In this document: piece by piece, positions 1 to 11,140 of the stretch | Layout: the number at the start of each line of letters is the position of its first letter | Position numbering within the stretch: position 1 is the stretch's first letter | NCBI GenBank assembly: GCA_964016885.1 | Contig: OZ024744.1 | Coordinates: 83,452,001-83,516,000, forward strand | Source of the DNA: Eledone cirrhosa | Taxonomy: Eukaryota | DNA: 64,000 nt | Direction: 5' to 3' | Program-made: the position numbers and the translations under genes | The notes under the pieces: model-generated | What the model saw: only the letters and a program-made list of their open reading frames with translations | What the model was told of the DNA's origin: nothing | Databases searched by the model: none

Positions 1-4
1 TATT

Positions 5-57
<53 letters not shown>

Positions 58-246
58 AGTGTAACTTGGAGTTACAGCAGGTTCACCCGGGTGAGCACTC
101 GATGTTTATGTTCACTTCTGTGTTGAGGTGTAGAGCTATACAGAGTGTAATATATTGAAAGGATAACAAGGACGATTGGTTACTACCAATAAATGTAAGA
201 GTAACAAAAAAAATGAAGGAGTAACCAATCGTCCTTGTTACATTTT

Positions 247-530
<284 letters not shown>

Positions 531-2078
531 ATAAATGAAAATGAAATATTTAAACGCAGAATATTATGGAATTTTTGCTCATAATGTAATCACCGTAATT
601 AAGAACAAACAAATTCCTAAACATAGAAACACTTCAGTCATTATAAAATATCGACTAAGTGTATAATATAATTTCAAATAAACTATGGCTGAGAAAAATA
701 GATGAGGTGTTAGCGTCTAGAACGTCTTTAGTCATATATGTCTATTAGATCAAGGTTAATCTAGGGCTAAACAGCAACGTCGTAAACAATAATAAGCAGT
801 AAGAATCTCTTATTCCAGACTTCACAGTTCTTTCAAGGTCGAGTCAATTTTAATTAATTTAAAACCACGTGCCCCTTGGACACAAGCTGAAGATCATAAA
901 CTATTTTTTCCTGTATCGTAGAAATATATCTGACTTGTGGATCTAACAATTAATCAAACTCATTAATAGGATTGTTCATTTCTGCAGAAGAAATTCTTGT
1001 TTTTCATGTAAGAGAGATACTAGAGTATGTGTAGTATGGAAATTAAAGTGCATGAGTGTGTAAGTGAAAGGGATTTAATCGAGTATTGAAATGTGGATAG
1101 AATTTCATGTTGCTGATAATATACCACATTCTCTACCGTCTTAACTGAGATGGCATTGATAGTAATGGAGCATGATTAAGCTAGGGTTTAATTTAAAGGG
1201 TAACAATCCGGTGACATTAATAAATAGAACAATAAAATAAGGAGATTATATATATATCTTTAACAAACCCTTTCATTATTGCTTCCCTTTCAAAATTAGA
1301 TTCCACCATCTATATATAATATATATTCGTGCGCGCCCGTGTGTGTGCATGTGTGTGCGTGCGTGTGTGTGTATGTATGTATATATATATATATATAAAT
1401 CCATATATATATATAGACATACGTCTATGATTTAATAACTTAATTTTTTACTTTTCACAATTAACTCACATTATAATCCCGCCGAGGTTAACTTTGCCTT
1501 TCATCCTTACGGGGTCGATAAAATAAAGTACCAGTAATGCACTGAGTTTGTGCTGGCCTTGTGCCAAAGGTAGAAACAATTATATTAAAATTACTTTAAT
1601 AATGTTTTTTTTTTGTTTTTTTTTGTTATTTTTTTTATCCACCTTATCCATCCTATCCATCTGGATATTTACCCACCACACACCTACCAAAACATTGTTT
1701 TCCTCGTAGGAATATCTGATTCTTTAATTGTATTTCACCACTATAAAACCATTCCAAAATCACCAAATCTTTCATAGTTTCCTGACATCTGTTTTTAGTT
1801 GCTCTTTTTCTTATAACACTGCCATATTTAACGTATTGATATGATGGACAAGATAAGTTTTTCATTCTATCCGTTTATTATTTCTATTCTTCTATATTCT
1901 TCTATTCTGATATTCTTCTGTCCTTATGTTCTTTTTACTCTTTTTGTCTCCTATGTTTCTCCGGTTCTCTTTCTGTTTTCCCTTACATTTTTTTTCTCTC
2001 TAGTCTTTTCACTTTTTTTCCTTCTCTCTTACTTTCCATTTTTGCGTGTGTTTTATTTCTCTTCCACACACGCACACA

Positions 2079-2113
<35 letters not shown>

Positions 2114-2142
2114 ATGCACACATACAGACATACACACTCAAA

Positions 2143-2188
<46 letters not shown>

Positions 2189-2619
2189 CATACATATTCG
2201 TTTGCACAGTCTCTATCTTTTACTCTCTTTCTCTGTAACTTGTCACTCTCTCATACATTCTCATCTCCTCTCCATATCTCTCTCCCCCACTCTCAGCCAA
2301 TTTACAAAAGCTATTAGCCAGGGGCCCGTTTCATGCTTTTTGATTACCGCATCATGTGCGTTCCGTTTTATTGCCAAGACCGCAATTTGATTCACCCCAA
2401 GGGAATTAGTAGTCTCTTTATATACTGTCTCATCTGTAGCAGAACAGAATGCTAACTTGACCTTTCGGAGAATTGCAAATTGTAGAACGTGCGTCTGGAA
2501 TCTTTCAGTATGTCATTGGAATACGATGGAACGAAATGCTGAACGTTTTGGGAATTTTGCCATCGATCAAATGAAAGCCTAGCAGGGAGTGAGAGGATGG
2601 TGTAAGTATTGATAATTGC

Positions 2620-3807
2620 AGTGGTGATGGTAACGATGATAACGATGATGGTGATGGTGATGGTGATGGTGATGGTGATGGTGATGGTGATGGTGATGAC
2701 GATGAAGATGAAGGGGAAGGCGCTGCCGATGGTGAATGCGATGGCGATGGTGATGGTGATGGCGATGGCGATGGCGATGGTGAAGCAGCTGACGGTGATG
2801 ATAGCGTTGGTGTTTAGATTTGGTAGTGGTGCTAAGCTGAAGTGTTACTGCCAATGGCGGAGACGGAGATTATTGCATATCACGATAGTGATGGTGGATA
2901 GCGTTGATGGAGGAGGTGGCAGTAGTTGTTATGGTGGTTGGTGTTTGTGGTGGTGGTAGTGTTGGTGGTGGTGTTGGTGGTATTGGTAGCGGTAGTGGTG
3001 TTTGTGGTGGTGGTTGTGGTGGTGGTTGTGTGGGTTGTGTCGATGGTGGTGGTGTTTGTGCTGGTGGTTGTGGTGGTGGTGGTGGTGGTGGTGGTGGTGG
3101 TGGTGGTGGCGGCGGTGGTGGTGGTGGTGGTGTTTGTGGTAGGGGTGTTTGTGGTGGTGGTGGTGGTGGTGGTGGTGGTGGCGGTGGTGGTGGTGGTGTT
3201 TGTGGTAGGGGTGTTTGTGGTGGCAGTGTTGGTGGTGTTGGTGGTGTTCATAGTGGTAGTGGTGTTTGTGGTGGTGGTTGTGATGGTGGTGGCGGCGGTG
3301 GTGGTGGTGGCATTTGTGGTAGTGGTGTTTGTGGTGGTAGTGTTTGTGGTGGTGTTAGTAGTGGTAGTGGTGGCAGTGATGGTAGTGGTATTTGAGTTGG
3401 TTGTGGTGTTGTTGTTTGTGGTAGCGGTGTTTGTGGTGGTGGTGTTGGTGGTGTTAGTAGTGGTAGTGGTGGCAGTGATGGTAGTGGTATTTGAGTTGGT
3501 TGTGGTGTTGTTGTTTGTGGTAGCGGTGTTTGTGCTGGTGGTGGTGATAGTGGGGATTAGAGGGGTGGTAGTGGTGTTGCTGCTACTTGTGCGAGTGGTA
3601 GATGGGATGGTGGTGATGGTGGTGGTGGTGGAGGTTGGTTGTGCGCTGATGCTGAGTGTGCTGGTGGTCGTGACGATGATGATGGATGATGATGATGATA
3701 ATGATGATGGTGACGATGATAATGGTGATGATGATGATGATGACGATGATGATGATGATGATGATGATGACGATGATGATGATGATGATGATGATGGTGA
3801 TGATGAA

Positions 3808-3855
<48 letters not shown>

Positions 3856-3856
3856 A
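2620..3856. repeat. Compound trinucleotide block (GAT/GGT)n
   Basis: (GATGGT)n, (GGT)n and (GAT)n, with an internal 99-bp-period duplication near 3351-3534. Confidence 0.95.
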
Positions 3857-4358
3857 CTGTTACAGGCGCTGGTGGTGGTGGAGAAGCAGTTGATTTCAGC
3901 TTCTGATCCAATGTTTTTCGATGTAGCTGTTTCTTGGCAGAGCTGCCGGGGGTCCCCAAGGAGCGAACATTACGCGCTTGTTCCTCATTCGTCCTATCGC
4001 ACAAGTATATATACGCGAAATGGCGCGTTTCCTATATTCAGATCTATGTTGATAGGAGTCCGCTTATTTAAAAACGTAACAGAGATATACATTCTGATAA
4101 TAATAAAAAAAATATATTAATAATGGAATAGGAGAAGGCAATGAGAATATTGCTAAAAATATATACAAATACATAAAATAAAAACAACAAATCCCTTTAG
4201 ACGTTCTAAATATAAAAAAAAATAAAAAAACCAGGCACATATAGAAATACTAACATAAAAATACATATAGATATTCTTACACAGACATACGCACACATAT
4301 GTAAGACAACATGGGCAAACACATGCACACCCATACATACATACGTATACATACATAC

Positions 4359-4417
<59 letters not shown>

Positions 4418-4488
4418 AAGTATGTATGTATATATACATATATGTGTGTATGTATATATGTGTGTGAGTGTAATGTTTATATATATAA

Positions 4489-4539
<51 letters not shown>

Positions 4540-4556
4540 CATATATATATATATAT

Positions 4557-5254
4557 AAAACATGAGAAGAATGAATACTGCGTGGTTGCACATGGGTTAC
4601 ATATGATAAAAATAGTCCTTCATCAGTGATTTTCCAACCTTCATTGGTATTTCATCGCTTTAAAAATCATATACCTCCAGTTGGTGCGAGCAATAGCTAA
4701 ATAAAGCTATTGGGACAAGTAAATCGCGTAAAGCGAGCGAGACAAGTAAACAAACCTAGAAGGATAGCAACGCAAAGATAGGAAAAATCAACCACATGGG
4801 AGTCCGATCAGCTTAAGCTGTGTGGGTTTCATGAGCGAGAGTCAACAGACCGTCCGACGCGAGTGAGGTGTCAGCAAGAAAGGACCCCACTTCAGGCCAA
4901 ACGGGAGGAAGTGAGAAGGGGAGAAGCAGAGAGTGAGTGAGTCGAAGTGCGAGGAAGAGGCCAGTCGAGAGAAAGTGTAACTGATAGAGGGGGTGAAAGA
5001 AGGTGAGAGAAACAGAGAGAGAGAGGGGGAAGCAGTAAGAGAGAAACAGACAAACGCAGCTGGGGAAAATATATATAAAAAACATGAGAAGAATGAATAC
5101 TGCATGGTTGCACATGGGTTACATATGATAACAATAGTCCTTCATCAGTGATTTTCCAACCATCATTGGTATTTCATCGCTTTAAAAATCATATACCTCC
5201 AGTTGGTGCGAGCAATAGCTAAATAAAGCTATTGGCACAAGTAAATCGCGTAAA
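4557..5254. repeat. ~176-bp direct repeats around a ~345-bp unique core
   Basis: 4557-4732 is nearly identical to 5079-5254 (period 522). Confidence 0.85.
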
Positions 5255-5366
5255 CCGATAAAAATTGTATTCAGTATATTTATCAATACAATTTGATGTA
5301 TGCGTTTCGATGCTTTCAATGGTGGAGTGTAAAAACATACACACAAACACATCATAAGTATATATT

Positions 5367-5454
<88 letters not shown>

Positions 5455-5768
5455 TATATATGTAATATTTACATATGATGTGTTTGTGTGTATGTTTGTA
5501 CACTCCACCACTGAAAGCATCGAAATGCATACATCAAATTGTATTGATAAATATAATGAGTAACATTTACGTTATGTATTGTGTGTACTAGCAACTGTAA
5601 ATGAACCTAAGATTTCACAATTTAAAATAAATAGAGATATATACAAATATATATTATAGTATAGTTTGATGGATTGGTAGATTTACTAATTGATAGATAT
5701 GCATGCATTCATAGATAGATATGCATGCATTCATACATACTTAGTTACATGCAGTCATACATTCATAC

Positions 5769-6091
5769 ATGGTGGCTGCCAACTCGTTTTCGAGTACGGC
5801 CACTACTTTATATCCATGTAGGAGAACCCCTACCGAAGCGCTGAACGAGTGTGACTTTTTAGTCCAGCCAGCGACTTGAAAACTCTGGTACAAACACTAC
5901 ACTTGTGACAATTATTGACACATAGTGCTGGGCCCATGGTACCATGTGAGGACAAGTTCAGAGAGATCTCCAGATATAAAGCAATTCCTGTGCCGTGAAG
6001 CTTTTATAGTGAGCGAAGGCACTGCACAAAGCCAGTCCCACTCTCTTAACCAAGATGATATTTACCAAAAAGAAGAACAAGTCAACATCAT
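5769..6091 (-). mobile_element. Truncated copy of the RTE-related non-autonomous element
   Basis: Near-identical to 8922-9245 and flanked by CATA repeats. Confidence 0.8.
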
Positions 6092-6142
6092 ACATTCGTA
6101 CACATGCATACATTCTTTAACACACACTCACACACACAAATA

Positions 6143-6176
<34 letters not shown>

Positions 6177-6445
6177 CGCATATATATACATTATATAAAT
6201 AAATATATATATATATATGTATATATATATGTCGTTTCTGAATTTGTTTAGCAAGATTCTTTATCTGAAATCGTGTGTTGAAACCGATATTGTTATACTT
6301 TGGGAGGGTCATGTTGCCAATAAGAAACACACGCACCAGTTGCTTTCACTTCAATTTAATTTATTCTATATTTATAAATTTACAAATTTATAAATTTCTG
6401 GTTGGTTGGTTGGTTCCACAACCAGATAGTTGTTTATATATATAT

Positions 6446-6490
6446 AGTCATAGTTCTTTCGTCACACACTCTGTGACCTCTTCAGTGACT
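6446..6490 (-). ncRNA. Same hammerhead, inverted pLTR copy
   Basis: Exact reverse complement of 6670-6714. Confidence 0.78.
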
Positions 6491-6669
6491 GGGGATTTCT
6501 TTCTTCGTTTCTGTGCCTTTCCTTTCTTCTATCCTACGCCATTTTGTTTGTGTGTGGGTTGCGTGCTCAGGATGTGGCGCATGCGCAAACTGAGCACGCA
6601 ACCCACACACAAACAAAATGGCGTAGGATAGAAGAAAGGAAAAGCACAGAAACGAAGAAAGAAATCCCC

Positions 6670-6714
6670 AGTCACTGAAGAGGTCACAGAGTGTGTGACG
6701 AAAGAACTATGACT
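6670..6714 (+). ncRNA. Minimal type-I hammerhead ribozyme in PLE pLTR
   Basis: AGUCA-CUGAAGA-G-GUCACA(GAGUG)UGUGAC-GAAA-GAAC-UA/UGACU. Stem I has 5 bp, stem II 6 bp, stem III is minimal, and the cleavage triplet is CUA. Confidence 0.8.
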
Positions 6715-6869
6715 ATATATATATAAACAACTATCTGGTTGTGGAACCAACCAACCAACCAGAAATTTATAAATTTGTAAATTTATAAATATAGAATAAA
6801 TTAAATTGAAGTGAAAGCAACTGGTGCGTGTGTTTCTTATTGGCAACATGACCCTCCCAAAGTATAACA

Positions 6870-6900
<31 letters not shown>

Positions 6901-6904
6901 TATA

Positions 6905-6950
<46 letters not shown>

Positions 6951-7035
6951 CATACATGCATACATACAGTCACAAATACTTATATATACATATATATACA
7001 CATACACACACAGACATACACGCACACAATAGAAT

Positions 7036-7606
7036 AAACTCATGGTATGATAGCAATAAATACCAGAGTGTAATGTTCATCGATACAACCCCTAGAGGTG
7101 AATTAGCTTACAAATTTAGAAGAGCCCTAAATAAACATAAACTCAATATTAAGATAGTAGAAAGACCAGGTACCTCCATAAAAACACTTATTAGCAAGAC
7201 ATACCCTTTTCAAAGACCCTCATGTATAGATAAGAAATGTATAACCTGTAAAATAAGCCCCCATATTAACTGTAAAACTAGAAATGTAGTGTATAGCATA
7301 AGAAGTACTGAAGGACAATGTAGAGACAAAAATATAGTGTACATAGGTGAGACAGCTCGTAGTGTAGGGGAACGGATAAATGAACACTGGCGAGACCTTC
7401 AAGATAGTAAAGAATCATCTGTACTCTACCAACATGCTAAAATAGAACACAAAGGTAAATTAGAGAACATAGAAATAAAAATAGAATCTACACACAGAAA
7501 AGACGCAATGTTTAGACAAATTACAGAGGCAATAAATATAAAAGAATTACAACCAAAATTAAATAGAAAATATGAGTGGAACAGCAACATCACAACTTAC
7601 AATTAA
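7036..7606 (+). pseudogene. PLE ORF C-terminus: Cys-rich linker and GIY-YIG endonuclease (5'-truncated)
   Basis: Translation contains SVMFIDTTPRGELA...PSCIDKKCITC...CKTRNVVYSI...YIGETARSVGERINEH...RQITEAINIKELQPKLNRKYEW. These are the VVY/YIG boxes and the conserved R, H, E and N of PLE GIY-YIG nucleases. The Cys linker suggests a Naiad/Neptune-type element (inference). The ORF-track N-terminus is microsatellite. Confidence 0.88.
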
Positions 7607-7806
7607 GGACAAAATGAAAACACACACACACATAGAACAAACATCCAACCAGTAACATATAAATAAACAAATAAATAAATGAACATAAACACACACAGAC
7701 ACCCGGATGTGGCGCATGCGCAGACTGAGCATACAACACACACAGAGAAACAAAATGGCGTAGGACAGAACAAAGAAGAGGCACAGAAACAAAGAAAGGA
7801 ATCCCC

Positions 7807-7850
7807 AGTCACTGAAGAGGTCACAGAGTGTGTGACGAAAGAACTATGAC
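7807..7850 (+). ncRNA. Same hammerhead, 3' pLTR copy
   Basis: AGUCA CUGAAGA G GUCACA GAGUG UGUGAC GAAA GAAC UA UGAC. Confidence 0.78.
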
Positions 7851-7996
7851 AATATATAAACAACTATCTGGTTGTGGAACCAACCAACCAACCAGAAATT
7901 TATAAATTCCTAAATTTATAAATTTATTATAATAAATTGAAGTAAAAGCAACTGGTGCGTGTGTTTCTTATTGGCAACATGACCCTCCCAAAGTAT

Positions 7997-8050
<54 letters not shown>

Positions 8051-8269
8051 CACCGTATTTTTGACAAAAGAAATTTTAGCCTGATAGCAAGGTTTAAAAC
8101 CTCTAAAAATGGAAAAAAAGATGAGTCTTAGGCTACATCAATTTCATCTTTTTCATTTTTAGAAGCTTTTCAAACTCTACTATCAGCCTATCATTTCTTT
8201 AGTCAAAAATACGGCGAAAGCTTCTATTTCTACTAAATTTCAAACTGCCCGCTGTTTCTAAGAAAACTT

Positions 8270-8311
<42 letters not shown>

Positions 8312-8315
<4 letters not shown>

Positions 8316-8634
8316 ATAATAATAAATTTGAAGACTAAAATCCAAAGAGGGCTCGATAAGGATAAATATATATCAAATATATAAGAACCTTAGACCAAAT
8401 ATTTATTAAAGTAACAGATTAAAGTTTAAGCAAAGAATCGCTTTTTTCCGTTCATTGCCAGGGAACGTCTTCACCAACCAAAGTAAGTATCGTCGTCCTG
8501 GTTTCCTTCGTTCGGTTGCAACGTTTTTCGAAATATTTATTTCTGCGTTCACAGACTGATTTTTTTTAGTTTCAGAAGATCCCGTTAAGAGTGAAAGCAG
8601 CGATTCTTTGCTTAATTTTTAATCTGTTATTTTA

Positions 8635-8642
<8 letters not shown>
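8312..8642. repeat. Dispersed (TA)n-associated repeat with partial inversion
   Basis: The motif GTTTCAGAAGATCCCGTTAAGRGTGAAAGCAGCGATTCTTTGCTTAA recurs at about 14930, 20950, 32245 and, inverted, at 45485. Here 8312-8442 is an inverted copy of the family's 3' part. Confidence 0.75.
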
Positions 8643-8688
<46 letters not shown>

Positions 8689-8845
8689 AAAATATATCTA
8701 TATCGAAAATTAAGATAAATCAAAGTGAATTTAATCTAAATCAAAATTATGGGTGTCATGCCAGAAAGGCATGCGCCATATCACCCGTAAAATAAGCTCC
8801 AAGATTCTTATGAATAGGTCCGAGCATTTTATAACAACTAGAAAT

Positions 8846-8921
<76 letters not shown>

Positions 8922-8925
<4 letters not shown>

Positions 8926-9520
8926 TGGCTGCCAACTCCTTTTCGAGTACGGCCACTACTTTATATCCATGTAGGAGAACCCCTACCAATGCGCTGAACG
9001 AGTGTGACTTTTTAGTCCAAAGCCAGCGACTTGAAAACTCTGGTACAAACACTACACTTGTGACATTTACTGACACATAGTGCTGGGCCCATGGTACCAT
9101 GTGACGACAAGTGCAGAGAGATCTCCAGATATAAAGCAATGCCTGTGCCGTGAAGCTTTTATAGTGAGCAAAGGCACTGCACAAAGCCAGTCCCACTCTC
9201 TTAACCAAGATGATATTTACCAAAAAGAAGAACAAGTCAACATCATTGGATACCATCAGGGTTGCAGGTGTTATATCAGAGTTTTCCTTCTCCTAGAATT
9301 CTGCCTTGACAAAGGCTAAGGGGTCATCTCTCCCGGTGATTTTGGATGGCCATTGACTCTTAAGAGCTCCTTTGCCCTTTGACAGGTTTTGTTTTTAGTC
9401 CTGCAGGATGTCCAAAGTCACCCTCCTCACCAAGAAACCTTGGTGGGGTTGCCAGTTTAGTCGCCAACGACCCGACCAGTTGGTGCTACTGGTAACATGT
9501 ATCCCGGTACAACCTGTCCC
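8922..9520 (-). mobile_element. ~600-bp non-coding RTE/RTEX-related non-autonomous element (longest copy)
   Basis: Contains CTAGGAGAAGGAAAACTCTG, which I recognise from RTE 5' UTRs. It has a fixed 3' end ...GGCAGCCACCAT running into a microsatellite. Repeated at 5769-6091, 48437-48849 and 51270-51398. Confidence 0.7.
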
Positions 9521-9548
9521 CATATATATATATATATATATATATATA

Positions 9549-9601
<53 letters not shown>

Positions 9602-9940
9602 CTCGTTCTTATTGTACAAATATCTTTTATTCAGTATACACTGAATACGAACTGCAATAATTTACACAATGTGTGCGTAAAAATGGTATATATAGACCTG
9701 TATAATGAGGCGTGGAACGAACGGTACTAATGTGAAATAAATACACTTTTGTGTATAGCTTCAACTTCTTTTTCATTCAATATACTTGTAATTAGGACTT
9801 ATATGATCATCTTGGAACCTCATTCCTTTGCTCTGATGTTTCATTATAGACGCTATCATGGCATGTTTTACTCGGTATACATTCAATAAAATCGTAGCAA
9901 TATATTTTAAATTTCATGGAGTTTATTTGTTACATATATC

Positions 9941-10145
9941 GAAATCATAAAACATGGCCTGGACGACGCAGGTTTCCCTTCCCAGCTGAAGCCTGCCAGG
10001 TTGGACCGAGGGTTTGGCAAAAGGCCAGATGATATGCCGCTTCCGTGGGCATAGGCCCCTCATGGGGGTTTCCACATGCTGTGATACCATCTCTTGTGAC
10101 AACATAGCGCGTTCGGTCACCAGCCCGGGCTCTGCTACCGGTTAG
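9941..10145 (+). pseudogene. CRE-clade non-LTR RLE-domain fragment
   Basis: Reads EIIKHGLDDAGFPSQLKPARLDRGFGKRPDDMPLPWA*, then after a frameshift TCCDTIS...PGSA. This fits the CRE pattern AG.PS.LEP..L.R.DGKRPDG...PW..G...WD.TC.DT. Confidence 0.7.
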
Positions 10146-10711
10146 GACGAACATGGCAATCTGTCCAAGTATAAGCCGCTTTCTGATAGGTTTGTGATAG
10201 AGCCTGTAGCAGTGGAGACTTAGGATACTTGTTCGGACATCACTCATAAAAACACATAAACATATTAGTTGAGATTTTAACATCAAAATCTAACATATAA
10301 CCAATCTGACCATGTATGTAGTACAGTGCACATTAAGAAAGAATCAAGGTTAGCATAGAGAAAAAAATAAGATAAGCTAAAATAAATTTAAGCTTGAAGT
10401 TAGATTGAAGATAGATTTTTATAAGTATGTTAGAGGACAAGAGACAATATCTATTATCTGGAAAGGCTCTCCCGAATTGTCAAGGTTTATGTGAATTGTT
10501 TCTCTATCTCAACATCTGACAGAGAATTGTGAAAAGGGATGAACAAGGAGTTTCTGGTCTTGATTCCCACCGTTTGACTCTGGCAATGGAATAAACGAGT
10601 TCAATTGCTGTGAGTAGTGAAGACGTAACGTTTTGACCCGATGCACATTGTCAGAGGTATGTTTTCTTTATAACGCAACTGGTAATATAGTTTTCTCTCT
10701 CTCTCTCTCAC

Positions 10712-10813
<102 letters not shown>

Positions 10814-11140
10814 GACAGTAAACGTGCTGAATTCTAGGTCGCCTACCCACTGGGATTTGACCAAACACAATTTAGCATGATAAAAGCGACGATAACACAT
10901 TTCTTCTAAGAAAGTCTGTGGCAGCCTAAAAGAACGAATCGGGTGTTTAACAATTCAACAACATTTAGACGTGCGTCTACACGTGAGACACATATCTGAG
11001 GAGCTCCCGATTACAGAGTCAGACTCGAACGTTATACGATCGTTCCTGGAGCTGATCAGGAATGAAAAATATGTAATATGTAATTAGATATGAATATGAT
11101 GCAATACTGATTCTTTGTTACCATTTATTATTATTATTAT

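Larger units (their letters stand above)
6287..8004 (+). mobile_element. 5'-truncated Penelope-like element with inverted plus direct pseudo-LTRs
   Basis: 6287-6570 is an almost perfect inverted copy of 6590-6873 with a 19-nt spacer. 6570-6873 is directly repeated at about 7705-8004. A GIY-YIG ORF lies between the direct repeats, each pLTR carries a hammerhead motif, and the pLTRs end in (TA)n. Confidence 0.9.

Noticed and set aside
2880-4004. 374-aa Ser/Thr-rich mucin-like ORF and overlapping poly-V/G/D/H ORFs
   Set aside because: The frames are open only because (GGT)n and (GAT)n lack stops. Several frames on both strands are open and there is no signal peptide or domain.
4598-4630. Hammerhead on the minus strand of the 176-bp repeat
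   Set aside because: CUGAUGA is present but there is no GAAA box, stem II or stem I.
5925-6251. Recurrent MLGPWYHV... and MVSNDVDL... ORFs (also 8756, 9080, 48454, 48517)
   Set aside because: They recur only because they lie in the dispersed non-autonomous element, and they show no protein motif.
9415-9480. Twister or HDV-like ribozyme at the 5' end of the RTE-related element
   Set aside because: The GAGGAGGG ending is twister-like, but I could not place UAA-P2, the L4 pseudoknots or the HDV P1/P3/J4-2 elements. Left as an unclassified structure.
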